Translations under genes and position numbers: made by a program
Source of the DNA: Sedimentisphaera cyanobacteriorum
Lineage (GTDB): Bacteria > Planctomycetota > Phycisphaerae > Sedimentisphaerales > Sedimentisphaeraceae
Reading direction: 5' to 3'
DNA length: 32,000 nucleotides
NCBI RefSeq assembly: GCF_001997385.1
Contig: NZ_CP019633.1
Location: forward strand, 600,001-632,000
Notes under the pieces: model-generated
The model's database searches: none
Seen by the model: the letters and a program-made list of their open reading frames with translations, nothing else
Told to the model about the DNA's origin: nothing
In this document: positions 24,247 through 32,000 of the stretch, piece after piece
Position numbering within the stretch: position 1 is the first letter of the stretch
Layout of the letters: the number at the start of each line of letters is the position of its first letter

Positions 24247-26217
24247 ATGGCCGTTGTAGATATGACAAAAATTCTGATTGCTTCGCACAAAAGCGAGGCA
24301 GACAGACTCCTCTCAGAGCTTCAGGAAACTGGGCTTATTCATCTTCTCTCAAGCAAGGATTCAGCTGTATGCAGAAATTACGAACAGCTTGCATGCAGAG
24401 CTGAAAAGCCGAGGAAGCTTGAGGAGAAGATCAGCGAGCTTCAGAAAGATATAAGTTTTCTTGAAGAATTCAGCGAAACACCCACATCTCTTATGCAGCC
24501 GAAAGTGCCTGTATCAAGAAAGCAGTATCGGGAGGCTGCTGAAAACAGCGAGCTTGACGAGGCAGCAGAAAAAGTTAATTCTGCAAGAAAACAGATAGAC
24601 AAGCTGAGGGCGGAAGACTACGAACTAAGGCTCAAATATGACGATCTGATAAAATGGAAAGAGATTGACATCCCGCTCAATGAGCTTGAGGAATTTGAAA
24701 ATGTCAAATTTTTCATAGGCACTCTCCCACCAAGAAATTTCGGCACCGTTGAGAAGCAGCTCGAGGATTACGATGTTGTTCTGGATGTTGTATGCAGCGA
24801 TAAGAAATGCGTTCGATTTGCTGCAGCGGCGGATAAATCTCATGCAAGCGATGTTCAGAAAATCCTGAGAGCTTCTGAATTCGAAGCGTTTGTTCATACC
24901 GATTATCGAGGCACAATAGCCGAAAACCTTGAATATATCGAACAGAAAAGAAGCACAATCTCAGACCGCATAAATGCAGAACGCCGAAAAGCAGAAGACC
25001 TTGCAGATAAAAATACAGATTTCCAGATTCTACACGACTACCTCAGAAACAAGGCGGACGCAATGTACGCACGTTCGGACGCTCCAGGGTCTGATTCTGT
25101 GAGCTTTTTTGAGGGCTGGATAAAGACAAACAGGCTGCATTGTCTTGATGCAATGCTCGAGAAGTTTGAAAGCACCGGCTACACCAAGATTGAGCCTGAA
25201 GAGGGTGAGCAGGTGCCTGTGGCGATAGAAAACTCCAAGTGGGCAAGGCCTTTCGAGGCGATATTAGGTCTTTACGGCAGCCCCCAGTATAACGATGTAG
25301 ATCCAACTGCGTTTATGGCCCCGTTTTTCGCTGTATTTTTCGGGCTCTGCCTTACCGATGCGGCCTACGGAATAGTTATGATCCTGGCCAGCATTTTCTT
25401 TATTAAGAAGTTCCAAGGTGATAAGAAATTCTTCAAAGCTCTTGCTATATGCTCGGTATGCACAGTAGTGGCAGGTGCGATGACAGGCGGCTGGTTCGGA
25501 ACCCTGATATACGATTTTGCAGTGAAAAACGATGTAGGCTGGCTCAGCGGTGCGATAGACAGTATGACTTGGTTCGATCCTCTCGTAGAGCCGATGACAT
25601 TCCTGTATCTCTCGCTTGCTATGGGATATATCCAGCTTATGTTCGGCCTTGGTGTGGGCTGCTGGGATTATCTGCGCAAAGGGGATGTGGCCAGTGCGGT
25701 GATAAACAAGCTCTGCTGGATACTCCTGCTGAACGCTCTGATAATAATGGGCGGCTTCTCCGATGCTCTCACCCCTGCAATGGCCGACGCTCTTAAATGG
25801 ATTACAATAGCTCTGCTTGCAGTTATAGGCCTATTCAGCGTCCGAGAGGGCAGCTGGGTAGTTCGTATAGCAGGCGGCTTGTTCGAGCTCTTCGGGCTCA
25901 TTTTTTACCTCGGCGACCTGCTAAGCTATCTTAGGCTTATGGCTCTTGGCATGGCAACAGCGGGCGTTGCGATGGCAGTGAATATTATGGCAGAGACAAC
26001 CAGCCAAACTCCGCTTATCGGATGGCTCGCAACTCTGCTCATACTCGTTATCGGGCACACTTTCAATCTCCTGCAGTCCGGGCTCGGGGCATTTGTCCAT
26101 ACGCTCAGGCTTCAGTTTGTTGAGTATTTTCCGAAATTTTTCTCAGGCGGAGGGATGGAATTTTCTCCGTTCAGCAGAAACACAAGATACGTTCATATCG
26201 AAGAATATAAAAATTGA
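24247..26217 (+). CDS. ntpI: V/A-type ATPase subunit I (membrane a-subunit)
   Basis: 656 aa with an N-terminal soluble coiled-coil half and a C-terminal polytopic membrane half. It carries the conserved LSYLRLMALGMA Arg motif and FVHTLRLQFVEYF. Confidence 0.9.
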   Translation: MAVVDMTKILIASHKSEADRLLSELQETGLIHLLSSKDSAVCRNYEQLACRAEKPRKLEEKISELQKDISFLEEFSETPTSLMQPKVPVSRKQYREAAENSELDEAAEKVNSARKQIDKLRAEDYELRLKYDDLIKWKEIDIPLNELEEFENVKFFIGTLPPRNFGTVEKQLEDYDVVLDVVCSDKKCVRFAAAADKSHASDVQKILRASEFEAFVHTDYRGTIAENLEYIEQKRSTISDRINAERRKAEDLADKNTDFQILHDYLRNKADAMYARSDAPGSDSVSFFEGWIKTNRLHCLDAMLEKFESTGYTKIEPEEGEQVPVAIENSKWARPFEAILGLYGSPQYNDVDPTAFMAPFFAVFFGLCLTDAAYGIVMILASIFFIKKFQGDKKFFKALAICSVCTVVAGAMTGGWFGTLIYDFAVKNDVGWLSGAIDSMTWFDPLVEPMTFLYLSLAMGYIQLMFGLGVGCWDYLRKGDVASAVINKLCWILLLNALIIMGGFSDALTPAMADALKWITIALLAVIGLFSVREGSWVVRIAGGLFELFGLIFYLGDLLSYLRLMALGMATAGVAMAVNIMAETTSQTPLIGWLATLLILVIGHTFNLLQSGLGAFVHTLRLQFVEYFPKFFSGGGMEFSPFSRNTRYVHIEEYKN

Positions 26218-26249
26218 GTTTAAGCAATAGTTACTAAGGAAAATTAATT

Positions 26250-26777
26250 ATGGAAGAAATGGTTAACAGTGGTGCAGCTCTAACAGGAACGGCTTTAGCG
26301 TTTTTGGGAATGGCCTGTGCGGTATTCTTCGGAGGTACAGGCTCAGCGATTGGTCTCAGCTTGGCAGGCAGGGCAGGTAACGGCGTGCTTACAGACAAGC
26401 CCGAAAGATACGGTACTCAGATGCTTCTGGTAGTACTGCCGAGCTCGCAGGGCATTTACGGACTTGTAGCAGCTCTGCTTACTCTGAAAAATATGAACGC
26501 CTTTACTCAAGGTGCGCAGATTTTCGAGCTGAGTATGACACAGGGCTGGATTGTCCTTGCAGGCGGTCTGGCTGTGGGAATTTCCTGTCTGTTCAGCGGA
26601 ATTTTCCAAGGGAAGGTATGTGCAGCGGGTATTCTTATGGCTGCCAAACGCCCGGAAATGGCTACTAAGGCCGGTGTTATGTATGGTATTTTTGTTGAGC
26701 TGTATGCTCTCTTCGGATTCCTCGCATGGTTCTTGATTGTGAATAACGGTATCGACTGGGCATCTTTTGCGGGCTAA
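26250..26777 (+). CDS. ntpK: V/A-type ATPase proteolipid subunit K (4-TM, duplicated hairpin)
   Basis: 175 aa that aligns with E. hirae NtpK: VLPSSQGIYGL, FSGIFQGKVCAAGI, FVELYALFGF. There is a single ion-binding Glu in helix 4. Confidence 0.9.
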   Translation: MEEMVNSGAALTGTALAFLGMACAVFFGGTGSAIGLSLAGRAGNGVLTDKPERYGTQMLLVVLPSSQGIYGLVAALLTLKNMNAFTQGAQIFELSMTQGWIVLAGGLAVGISCLFSGIFQGKVCAAGILMAAKRPEMATKAGVMYGIFVELYALFGFLAWFLIVNNGIDWASFAG

Positions 26778-26795
26778 AGCCGACAGGAAGACCAA

Positions 26796-27377
26796 ATGAA
26801 TACAGAACAGGTTGTAAATAAAATTATCTCTGAGGCTGAAAAAAATGCCGAAGAGATCAAAGCTGAAAATGATAAGCAGATATTCGCTTATAACCAGAAA
26901 ACCGATGAGCTTGTTCAGCAGTATGAGCAGCATTCCGATGAGCTGGCGCAGAAAGCCGGCGAAGAGGAAAAGCGAAGAATCCTCGCAACTGCCCGTATGA
27001 AGAGCAGGACTGAGATCTTGAGCAAGAAGCAGCAGATCGTTTCCAAGCTCAACGAACGCGTTCACGATAAGATGGAATCTCTCGGCAAAGAGCAGTTTCA
27101 AAAGCTGTATGCCGGGTTGATTAAGAAGAATGCGGTCAACGGGGATGAAGTAATTTACCCGGGAAGCGAGGAAAAGTTTGTTGATGAGGATTTTGTAAAT
27201 TCTGTCAATAAGGACACAGGGCTCAAGCTTACTCTCGCAGAAGAGAGGGCTTCTTTCAAGAGAGGCATTTCTCTTTCAAGCGGGCAGGTGAGCATCAATC
27301 TCTCGTTCGAGGTGCTGGTGGAAATGGCTCAGTCGGAGCTTGAAGGCGAAATACACTCTCAGCTTTTTACTGAATAA
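26796..27377 (+). CDS. ntpE: V/A-type ATPase subunit E
   Basis: 193 aa with N-terminal charged helix VVNKIISEAEKNAEEIKAENDKQ and a globular C-terminus. Position after K in the operon supports the call. Confidence 0.8.
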   Translation: MNTEQVVNKIISEAEKNAEEIKAENDKQIFAYNQKTDELVQQYEQHSDELAQKAGEEEKRRILATARMKSRTEILSKKQQIVSKLNERVHDKMESLGKEQFQKLYAGLIKKNAVNGDEVIYPGSEEKFVDEDFVNSVNKDTGLKLTLAEERASFKRGISLSSGQVSINLSFEVLVEMAQSELEGEIHSQLFTE

Positions 27378-27392
27378 AGGATTATCCAGCAG

Positions 27393-28412
27393 ATGCAGGA
27401 AATATACGAAATAATCCAAACGCCCAGAGCGGGAAAAGAAAATTGGGATTACGCCTATCACGCAGGCCTTGTGCGGGCAATGCAGACAAAACTGCTGCCC
27501 CTGAATGTCTTTGCTGATATGGCTTCTGCGGGAAGCTATAGAGAGGCAATAGAATGCACGGCCGGAAGTGATTACGGCTTCCAGCCCGATGAGCCTATCG
27601 AAAGGATATACAGCATTCTTGCCGATGCGAGAAATGAGCTGAAAACCTTCTTCAAAGATATGGCCTCGGGCAGCCCGATAGCCTCTCTGCCGGAGATTGA
27701 AGCGGATATGTCTAATCTGAGGCTTGCGGTGAGGCGGTTTGCAGCTGAAAGACCTATCGGCGAGGACTACTCCAATGCCGGTACAGTGCCGCCGGAGCAG
27801 TTTGAGAGTATTTTCGAAAGCGACGACTACAGCGACCTTCCCGCTCATTTCAGGCAGGCCGCAGAAGAGTCCGTCCTCGAATATTACGCCACCAAAGACC
27901 TGCGCTCAATCGATTATGCCATAGACAGAATAGAATTTCACTGGCACAAGAAGCTGGCTCAAAACGCTAAGCTTATTTACCTCTCAGACATTACTGCAGC
28001 TCGAATTGATCTTACAAATATTGGTATGGTTATTCGTTCCAAGTTTGCAGGCAGTGAAGAGGAACCGCCCTTTATAGCGGGCGGATTTGTGGATATCGAT
28101 AAGCTCAAAGGAGCAATGTTCCAGAGCTTTGATGTGTTCGACCAAATCTTCTACTCAACCGATTACGAGCCTATGATCGTCTCCAGTGTGGATTACCTCA
28201 ACAGCAGCAGCTCGTTTGTGCGTTTTGAGGCTCTTTGCGAACAGCATCTCCAGCGATGCTGCGATGTGGCTGATTATATAGCCGCAGGGCTTCAGCCCCT
28301 CATTGCTTTCTACTACAGAAAGCTCATCGAGCTCAGATGGCTGCGGATTGTGATAACCGCAAAGAAAAACGGCCTTTCAAAGCAGTTTATTTCAGACAGA
28401 TTGGGGGTTTGA
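27393..28412 (+). CDS. ntpC: V/A-type ATPase subunit C (V0 d-like)
   Basis: 339-aa helical protein in the canonical operon position between E and F. Its stop overlaps the next start (ATGA). Confidence 0.8.
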   Translation: MQEIYEIIQTPRAGKENWDYAYHAGLVRAMQTKLLPLNVFADMASAGSYREAIECTAGSDYGFQPDEPIERIYSILADARNELKTFFKDMASGSPIASLPEIEADMSNLRLAVRRFAAERPIGEDYSNAGTVPPEQFESIFESDDYSDLPAHFRQAAEESVLEYYATKDLRSIDYAIDRIEFHWHKKLAQNAKLIYLSDITAARIDLTNIGMVIRSKFAGSEEEPPFIAGGFVDIDKLKGAMFQSFDVFDQIFYSTDYEPMIVSSVDYLNSSSSFVRFEALCEQHLQRCCDVADYIAAGLQPLIAFYYRKLIELRWLRIVITAKKNGLSKQFISDRLGV

Positions 28413-28732
28413 TGCAGGGTAAGGCAGCAGTACTGGGAAGTTCGGATTTTGTAATGCCGTTTTCTGCGCTTGGGCTTGATACCCATCCAGTCCATGAGGA
28501 CGATGATGTATCTCAGGCAGCAGAGAATATGCTTACGGAAAATTACAGCCTGATTGTGGTATCGGAGGATATCGCTCATAAGGCAAACGAAGTCTTCGAA
28601 AAGAAAAATGCAGAAGCAACGCCCTGCGTGCTTGTTCTTCCGTTTGTTTCGGAATCCGAAGGGTTCGCGATGGAATCCCTCGGAAAGGTGCTCAAGCTCG
28701 CAACGGGAATAGATATACTGAAGAATGGATAA
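28412..28732 (+). CDS. V/A-type ATPase subunit F
   Basis: 106 aa starting from the ATG at 28412 (MQGKAAVLGSSDFVMPFSALGLD...), which is typical of an F-subunit N-terminus. The track's upstream extension from 28337 lies inside subunit C. Confidence 0.8.
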   Translation: MQGKAAVLGSSDFVMPFSALGLDTHPVHEDDDVSQAAENMLTENYSLIVVSEDIAHKANEVFEKKNAEATPCVLVLPFVSESEGFAMESLGKVLKLATGIDILKNG

Positions 28733-28786
28733 GTGCTTATGCCTGCTGAAAGCGGGCTTTTTTGTAAAGCAGTTTAGGAAATAGAA

Positions 28787-30568
28787 ATGACAGAACTTGG
28801 ACAGGGTAGAGTTATTAAAGTTGCCGGACCGGTTGTTACCGCTGAAGGGATGACCGGGGCAAAAATGTACGATGTGGTCAGGGTTGGCAATGCTAACCTA
28901 ATAGGCGAAATCGTGGAGCTGCATTCCGGCAAGGCAAACGTGCAGGTTTACGAGGATACTGTCGGAGTAGGGCCGGGTGAGCCTGTTGTCAACACAGGAT
29001 CTCCGCTGAGTGTGGAGCTTGGACCCGGGCTTATTACAAATATATACGATGGTATTCAGCGTCCTTTAAGGGATCTCTACGAGTCTGAAGGTGCGTTTAT
29101 CCAAAGGGGTAACGATACTCCAGGGCTCGACCGCGAAACGAAGTGGCAGTTTGATGCTTCAATGAATGAAGGCGATGAGGTCAGTGAAGGCGATATTATC
29201 GGGACAGTGCAGGAAAGCTCTCTGCTCGAGCATAAGATTATGGTGCCTCAGGGCGTCAGCGGGAAGCTTGAGAGCATTAGCTCCGGCGAATATACAGTTA
29301 CCGATACAGTTGCGCAGGTTAAAACTGAGGCCGGCAAAACGGTAAACATCTCGCTTATGCAGGAATGCCCTGTACGTTCACCTCGAAAAAGCCGCCAGAG
29401 GCTCACGCCGGACAGAGTAATGGTTTCAGGTCAGCGTGTAATTGATACGTTCTTCCCAATCGGTGTGGGCGGTACGGCCTGTGTTCCCGGCCCGTTTGGT
29501 ACAGGCAAAACAGTTGTCCAGCATCAGCTTGCAAAGTGGATCGATGCGGAGGTCGTGGTTTACGTAGGCTGCGGCGAGCGCGGCAACGAAATGACAGACG
29601 TGCTCACTGAATTCCCAGAGCTGAAAGACCCGAAATCCGGCAAGCCGCTTATGGAGCGTGTTGTCCTTATCGCCAACACATCCGATATGCCTGTGGCAGC
29701 GAGAGAGGCTTCGGTTTACACCGGAATTACAATAGCGGAATACTTCCGCGATATGGGTTACAAAGTTGCATTGATGGCAGACAGCACGAGCCGCTGGGCG
29801 GAGGCGATGAGAGAGATTTCAACTCGTCTTGAAGAAATGCCTGCAGAAGAGGGGTATCCAGCATATCTCGGTTCAAGGATTGCATCTTTCTACGAACGTG
29901 CAGGAAGGATTCAGTGCCTCGGAAGCCCGGATAGAGAAGGCGCACTTTCAATTATCGGTGCAGTAAGCCCGCCGGGAGGCGACCTTTCCGATTCGGTTGT
30001 ACAGGCAACTCTGCACGTGGTTAAGGTTTTCTGGTCGCTGCAGTCCAGCCTTGCCCAGCAGAGACACTTCCCCGCTATCGATTGGCTCACCAGCTACTCG
30101 TTCTACAAGGAGTATCTCGGCAAGAGCTTTGATGATGAGCAGGTGGCAGAAGAGATGATGGAAATGATAAACACGTTTATGTCTCTGCTTGAGAAAGAAG
30201 CCGGACTGCTTGAGATTGTAAGGCTCGTAGGCGCCGAGGCGATCAGCTCAGCAGACAGGGTTTCGCTTGAAACAGCGAAGACCGTTCGTGAAGACTTCCT
30301 CCACCAAAACGCATTCCACAGCGTTGATACATACACCTCGCTGGAAAAGCAGTATGAAATGCTCAAAACTATTCTGCACCTGCACAATGTCTCGCTCGAG
30401 GCGCTGAATTCCGGTGCCGATATCGACGAGGTTGTCGCTGCGGGCGTGAAGGAAGATATTGCAAGAAGCAAATATACGCCGGAAGATGAGCTTGATAAAT
30501 TCGCTCAGATTCGCGAAAAGATTGATGAACAGGTTGGCTCTTTAAAGAAGGAGCAGGTGAATGCTTAA
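28787..30568 (+). CDS. ntpA: V/A-type ATPase catalytic subunit A
   Basis: 593 aa with Walker A GPFGTGKT, Walker [21 protein letters not shown], and the A-subunit-specific insertion between the N-terminal barrel and the nucleotide-binding domain. Confidence 0.95.
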   Translation: MTELGQGRVIKVAGPVVTAEGMTGAKMYDVVRVGNANLIGEIVELHSGKANVQVYEDTVGVGPGEPVVNTGSPLSVELGPGLITNIYDGIQRPLRDLYESEGAFIQRGNDTPGLDRETKWQFDASMNEGDEVSEGDIIGTVQESSLLEHKIMVPQGVSGKLESISSGEYTVTDTVAQVKTEAGKTVNISLMQECPVRSPRKSRQRLTPDRVMVSGQRVIDTFFPIGVGGTACVPGPFGTGKTVVQHQLAKWIDAEVVVYVGCGERGNEMTDVLTEFPELKDPKSGKPLMERVVLIANTSDMPVAAREASVYTGITIAEYFRDMGYKVALMADSTSRWAEAMREISTRLEEMPAEEGYPAYLGSRIASFYERAGRIQCLGSPDREGALSIIGAVSPPGGDLSDSVVQATLHVVKVFWSLQSSLAQQRHFPAIDWLTSYSFYKEYLGKSFDDEQVAEEMMEMINTFMSLLEKEAGLLEIVRLVGAEAISSADRVSLETAKTVREDFLHQNAFHSVDTYTSLEKQYEMLKTILHLHNVSLEALNSGADIDEVVAAGVKEDIARSKYTPEDELDKFAQIREKIDEQVGSLKKEQVNA

Positions 30569-31961
30569 AGAATATAAAACAGTATCCAGTATTGCAGGGC
30601 CGCTGATGGTCGTTGAGGGCGTCGAAGACGCTAAGTATGGCCATATTGTCGATATAGAGCTTGGAGACGGCTCTATGAGGCACGGACAGATCCTGCAGGT
30701 TGACGGTAAAAAGGTTCTCGTGCAGGTATTCGAGGGCACTGAGGGAATTGATATTGATGAATCGAAAGTTCGTCCGCTCGGCAAGCCACTCGAGCTGGGT
30801 GTATCTCCGGATATCCTCGGCAGGGTCTTCACCGGTATCGGCGTGCCTTCAGATGACGGGCCTGATATAATCCCCGAAAAAAGGCTCAATATCAACGGCA
30901 GTCCGATTAATCCATTCAGCCGTGATTATCCCAACGAGTTTATCCAGACAGGAATCTCAACCATAGACGGGCTAAACCCCCTTGTTCGCGGTCAGAAGCT
31001 GCCTGTCTTCTCAGGCTCAGGTCTTCCGCACGACGAGCTTACTGCACAGCTTGCAAGGCAGGCTACTGTATTAGGTGATGATGAGCAGTTTGCGGTTGTG
31101 TTCGCTGCAATGGGTATTACATTTGAGGCCGCTCAGTTTTTCATCAAAGATCTTACCGATACCGGTGCAATTGAGCGTGCAGCATTGTTTATAAACCTCG
31201 CAAATGATCCGGCTATCGAAAGAATTTCTACGCCGCGTGTTGCCCTTACAGCAGCGGAATATCTCGCTTTCGACAGAGGGATGCAGGTGCTCGTAATTCT
31301 CAACGATATGACAAACTACTGCGAGGCCCTCAGGCAGATTAGTGCTTCAAGGCTCGAGGTTCCTGGTAGAAGGGGTTACCCGGGATATCTTTATACAGAC
31401 CTTGCAACAATTTACGAACGTGCCGGCAGGGTTAAGGGCAATCAAGGCTCTATAACGATGGTGCCTGTGCTCACAATGCCCGAAGATGATAAAACTCACC
31501 CCGTACCAGACCTTACAGGATATATCACAGAGGGGCAGATTATTATGTCCCGCTCGCTCTACAGAAACAACGTTACCCCGCCTGTGGATGTTATGCCAAG
31601 CCTTTCAAGGCTTAAGGATAAGGGTATCGGCGAAGGTAAAACACGCGACGATCATGCAGACGTTTACAATCAGCTCTATGCGGCCTATGCAAGGGGTAAG
31701 GAAGCTCAGGAGCTTGCTACAATTCTCGGCGAGGCGGCTTTGAGCGAAGAGGATCAGAAGTATATGAAGTTTGCAAATGAGTTTGAGGCAAGATACATCA
31801 AACAGGGCTATCGGGAAAACCGCTCTGTTTATGAAACACTTGATCTGGGCTGGGAACTTCTAACTATGTTCGAAGATGCAGAGCTCAAGCGTATTGACAA
31901 AGAGCTTATCGATAAGTATATGCCTAAGTTCAGATCTTCTGCAGGGCAGAATTCAGAATAA
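30561..31961 (+). CDS. ntpB: V/A-type ATPase subunit B (non-catalytic)
   Basis: 466 aa with a degenerate P-loop (SGSGLPH), plus [18 protein letters not shown] and [26 protein letters not shown]. Its start overlaps the subunit A stop by 8 nt. Confidence 0.95.
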   Translation: MLKEYKTVSSIAGPLMVVEGVEDAKYGHIVDIELGDGSMRHGQILQVDGKKVLVQVFEGTEGIDIDESKVRPLGKPLELGVSPDILGRVFTGIGVPSDDGPDIIPEKRLNINGSPINPFSRDYPNEFIQTGISTIDGLNPLVRGQKLPVFSGSGLPHDELTAQLARQATVLGDDEQFAVVFAAMGITFEAAQFFIKDLTDTGAIERAALFINLANDPAIERISTPRVALTAAEYLAFDRGMQVLVILNDMTNYCEALRQISASRLEVPGRRGYPGYLYTDLATIYERAGRVKGNQGSITMVPVLTMPEDDKTHPVPDLTGYITEGQIIMSRSLYRNNVTPPVDVMPSLSRLKDKGIGEGKTRDDHADVYNQLYAAYARGKEAQELATILGEAALSEEDQKYMKFANEFEARYIKQGYRENRSVYETLDLGWELLTMFEDAELKRIDKELIDKYMPKFRSSAGQNSE

Positions 31962-31985
31962 CACTAAATTTAATCGGCAAAGCAA

Positions 31986-32000
31986 ATGCAGGCAAATGTC
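31986..32000 (+). CDS. Probable start of V/A-type ATPase subunit D (only 5 codons in window)
   Basis: ATG at 31986 (MQANV...), 25 nt after the subunit B stop. Operon order predicts D here, but there is too little sequence to verify. Confidence 0.3.

Noticed and set aside
26343-27101. 252-aa ORF antisense to V-ATPase subunits K and E
   Set aside because: It lies opposite two well-supported operon genes and spans their intergenic gap. It has no motifs and is a typical antisense open frame.
28337-28411. Upstream extension of the subunit F ORF (track start at 28337)
   Set aside because: The extension lies entirely inside subunit C in another frame. The ATG at 28412 forms an ATGA stop-start overlap and gives a typical F-subunit N-terminus.
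1-32000. Search for CRISPR arrays, tRNA/rRNA genes, and defence or toxin-antitoxin modules
   Set aside because: I saw no regularly spaced direct repeats, no cloverleaf-capable or rRNA-like conserved segments in the intergenic regions, and no nuclease, ATPase, methyltransferase or small paired ORFs typical of defence or TA loci. This is by-eye scanning only; tRNAscan-SE, Infernal and defence-system HMM scans would be the decisive checks.

Overview
This is a bacterial chromosomal window with Shine-Dalgarno-led genes and about 40-55% GC by spot counts. The protein repertoire (signal-peptide LamG/dockerin-tailed glycoside hydrolases, a DUF3857-transglutaminase giant, a V/A-type ATPase) suggests a PVC-group organism, perhaps a Planctomycetota/Phycisphaerae-like anaerobe. 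That taxon guess is inference only.

Layout:
- 1-8.2 kb (+): four secreted modular proteins: two LamG proteins, a GH43-LamG fusion and a GH2. They share recently duplicated modules and a common Cys-containing dockerin-like C-terminal tail.
- 8.3-14.5 kb (-): an internally duplicated DUF3857/transglutaminase-like protein, then ftsY and umuC.
- 14.4-16.05 kb: umuD split exactly at a CTAG by an 1174-bp IS630-family element. The element has a TA duplication, imperfect roughly 34-bp IRs, and two transposase ORFs joined by an A8 slippery run.
- 16.2-22.2 kb: an accessory-looking, lower-GC patch containing an ABC-ATPase stub, a two-gene operon and a decayed IS5-family element. The operon encodes a 1098-aa secreted beta-helix/dockerin protein with a possible His/Cys caspase-fold C-terminal domain and a 465-aa membrane-anchored protein. 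The IS5-family remnant carries a perfect 39-bp palindrome and abuts a 5'-truncated dockerin/lectin gene.
- 23.0-32.0 kb (+): a cytidylate-kinase-like gene followed by a complete V/A-type ATPase operon (G-I-K-E-C-F-A-B, then the start of D). Its proteolipid keeps the Enterococcus hirae NtpK Na+-binding signature.

I found no rRNA, tRNA or CRISPR array, and no recognisable defence, toxin or secretion system. The most unusual items are the shared Cys-dockerin tail, the IS-generated UmuD'-like ORF, and the IS-bounded two-gene island. None can be called a new system from sequence reading alone.
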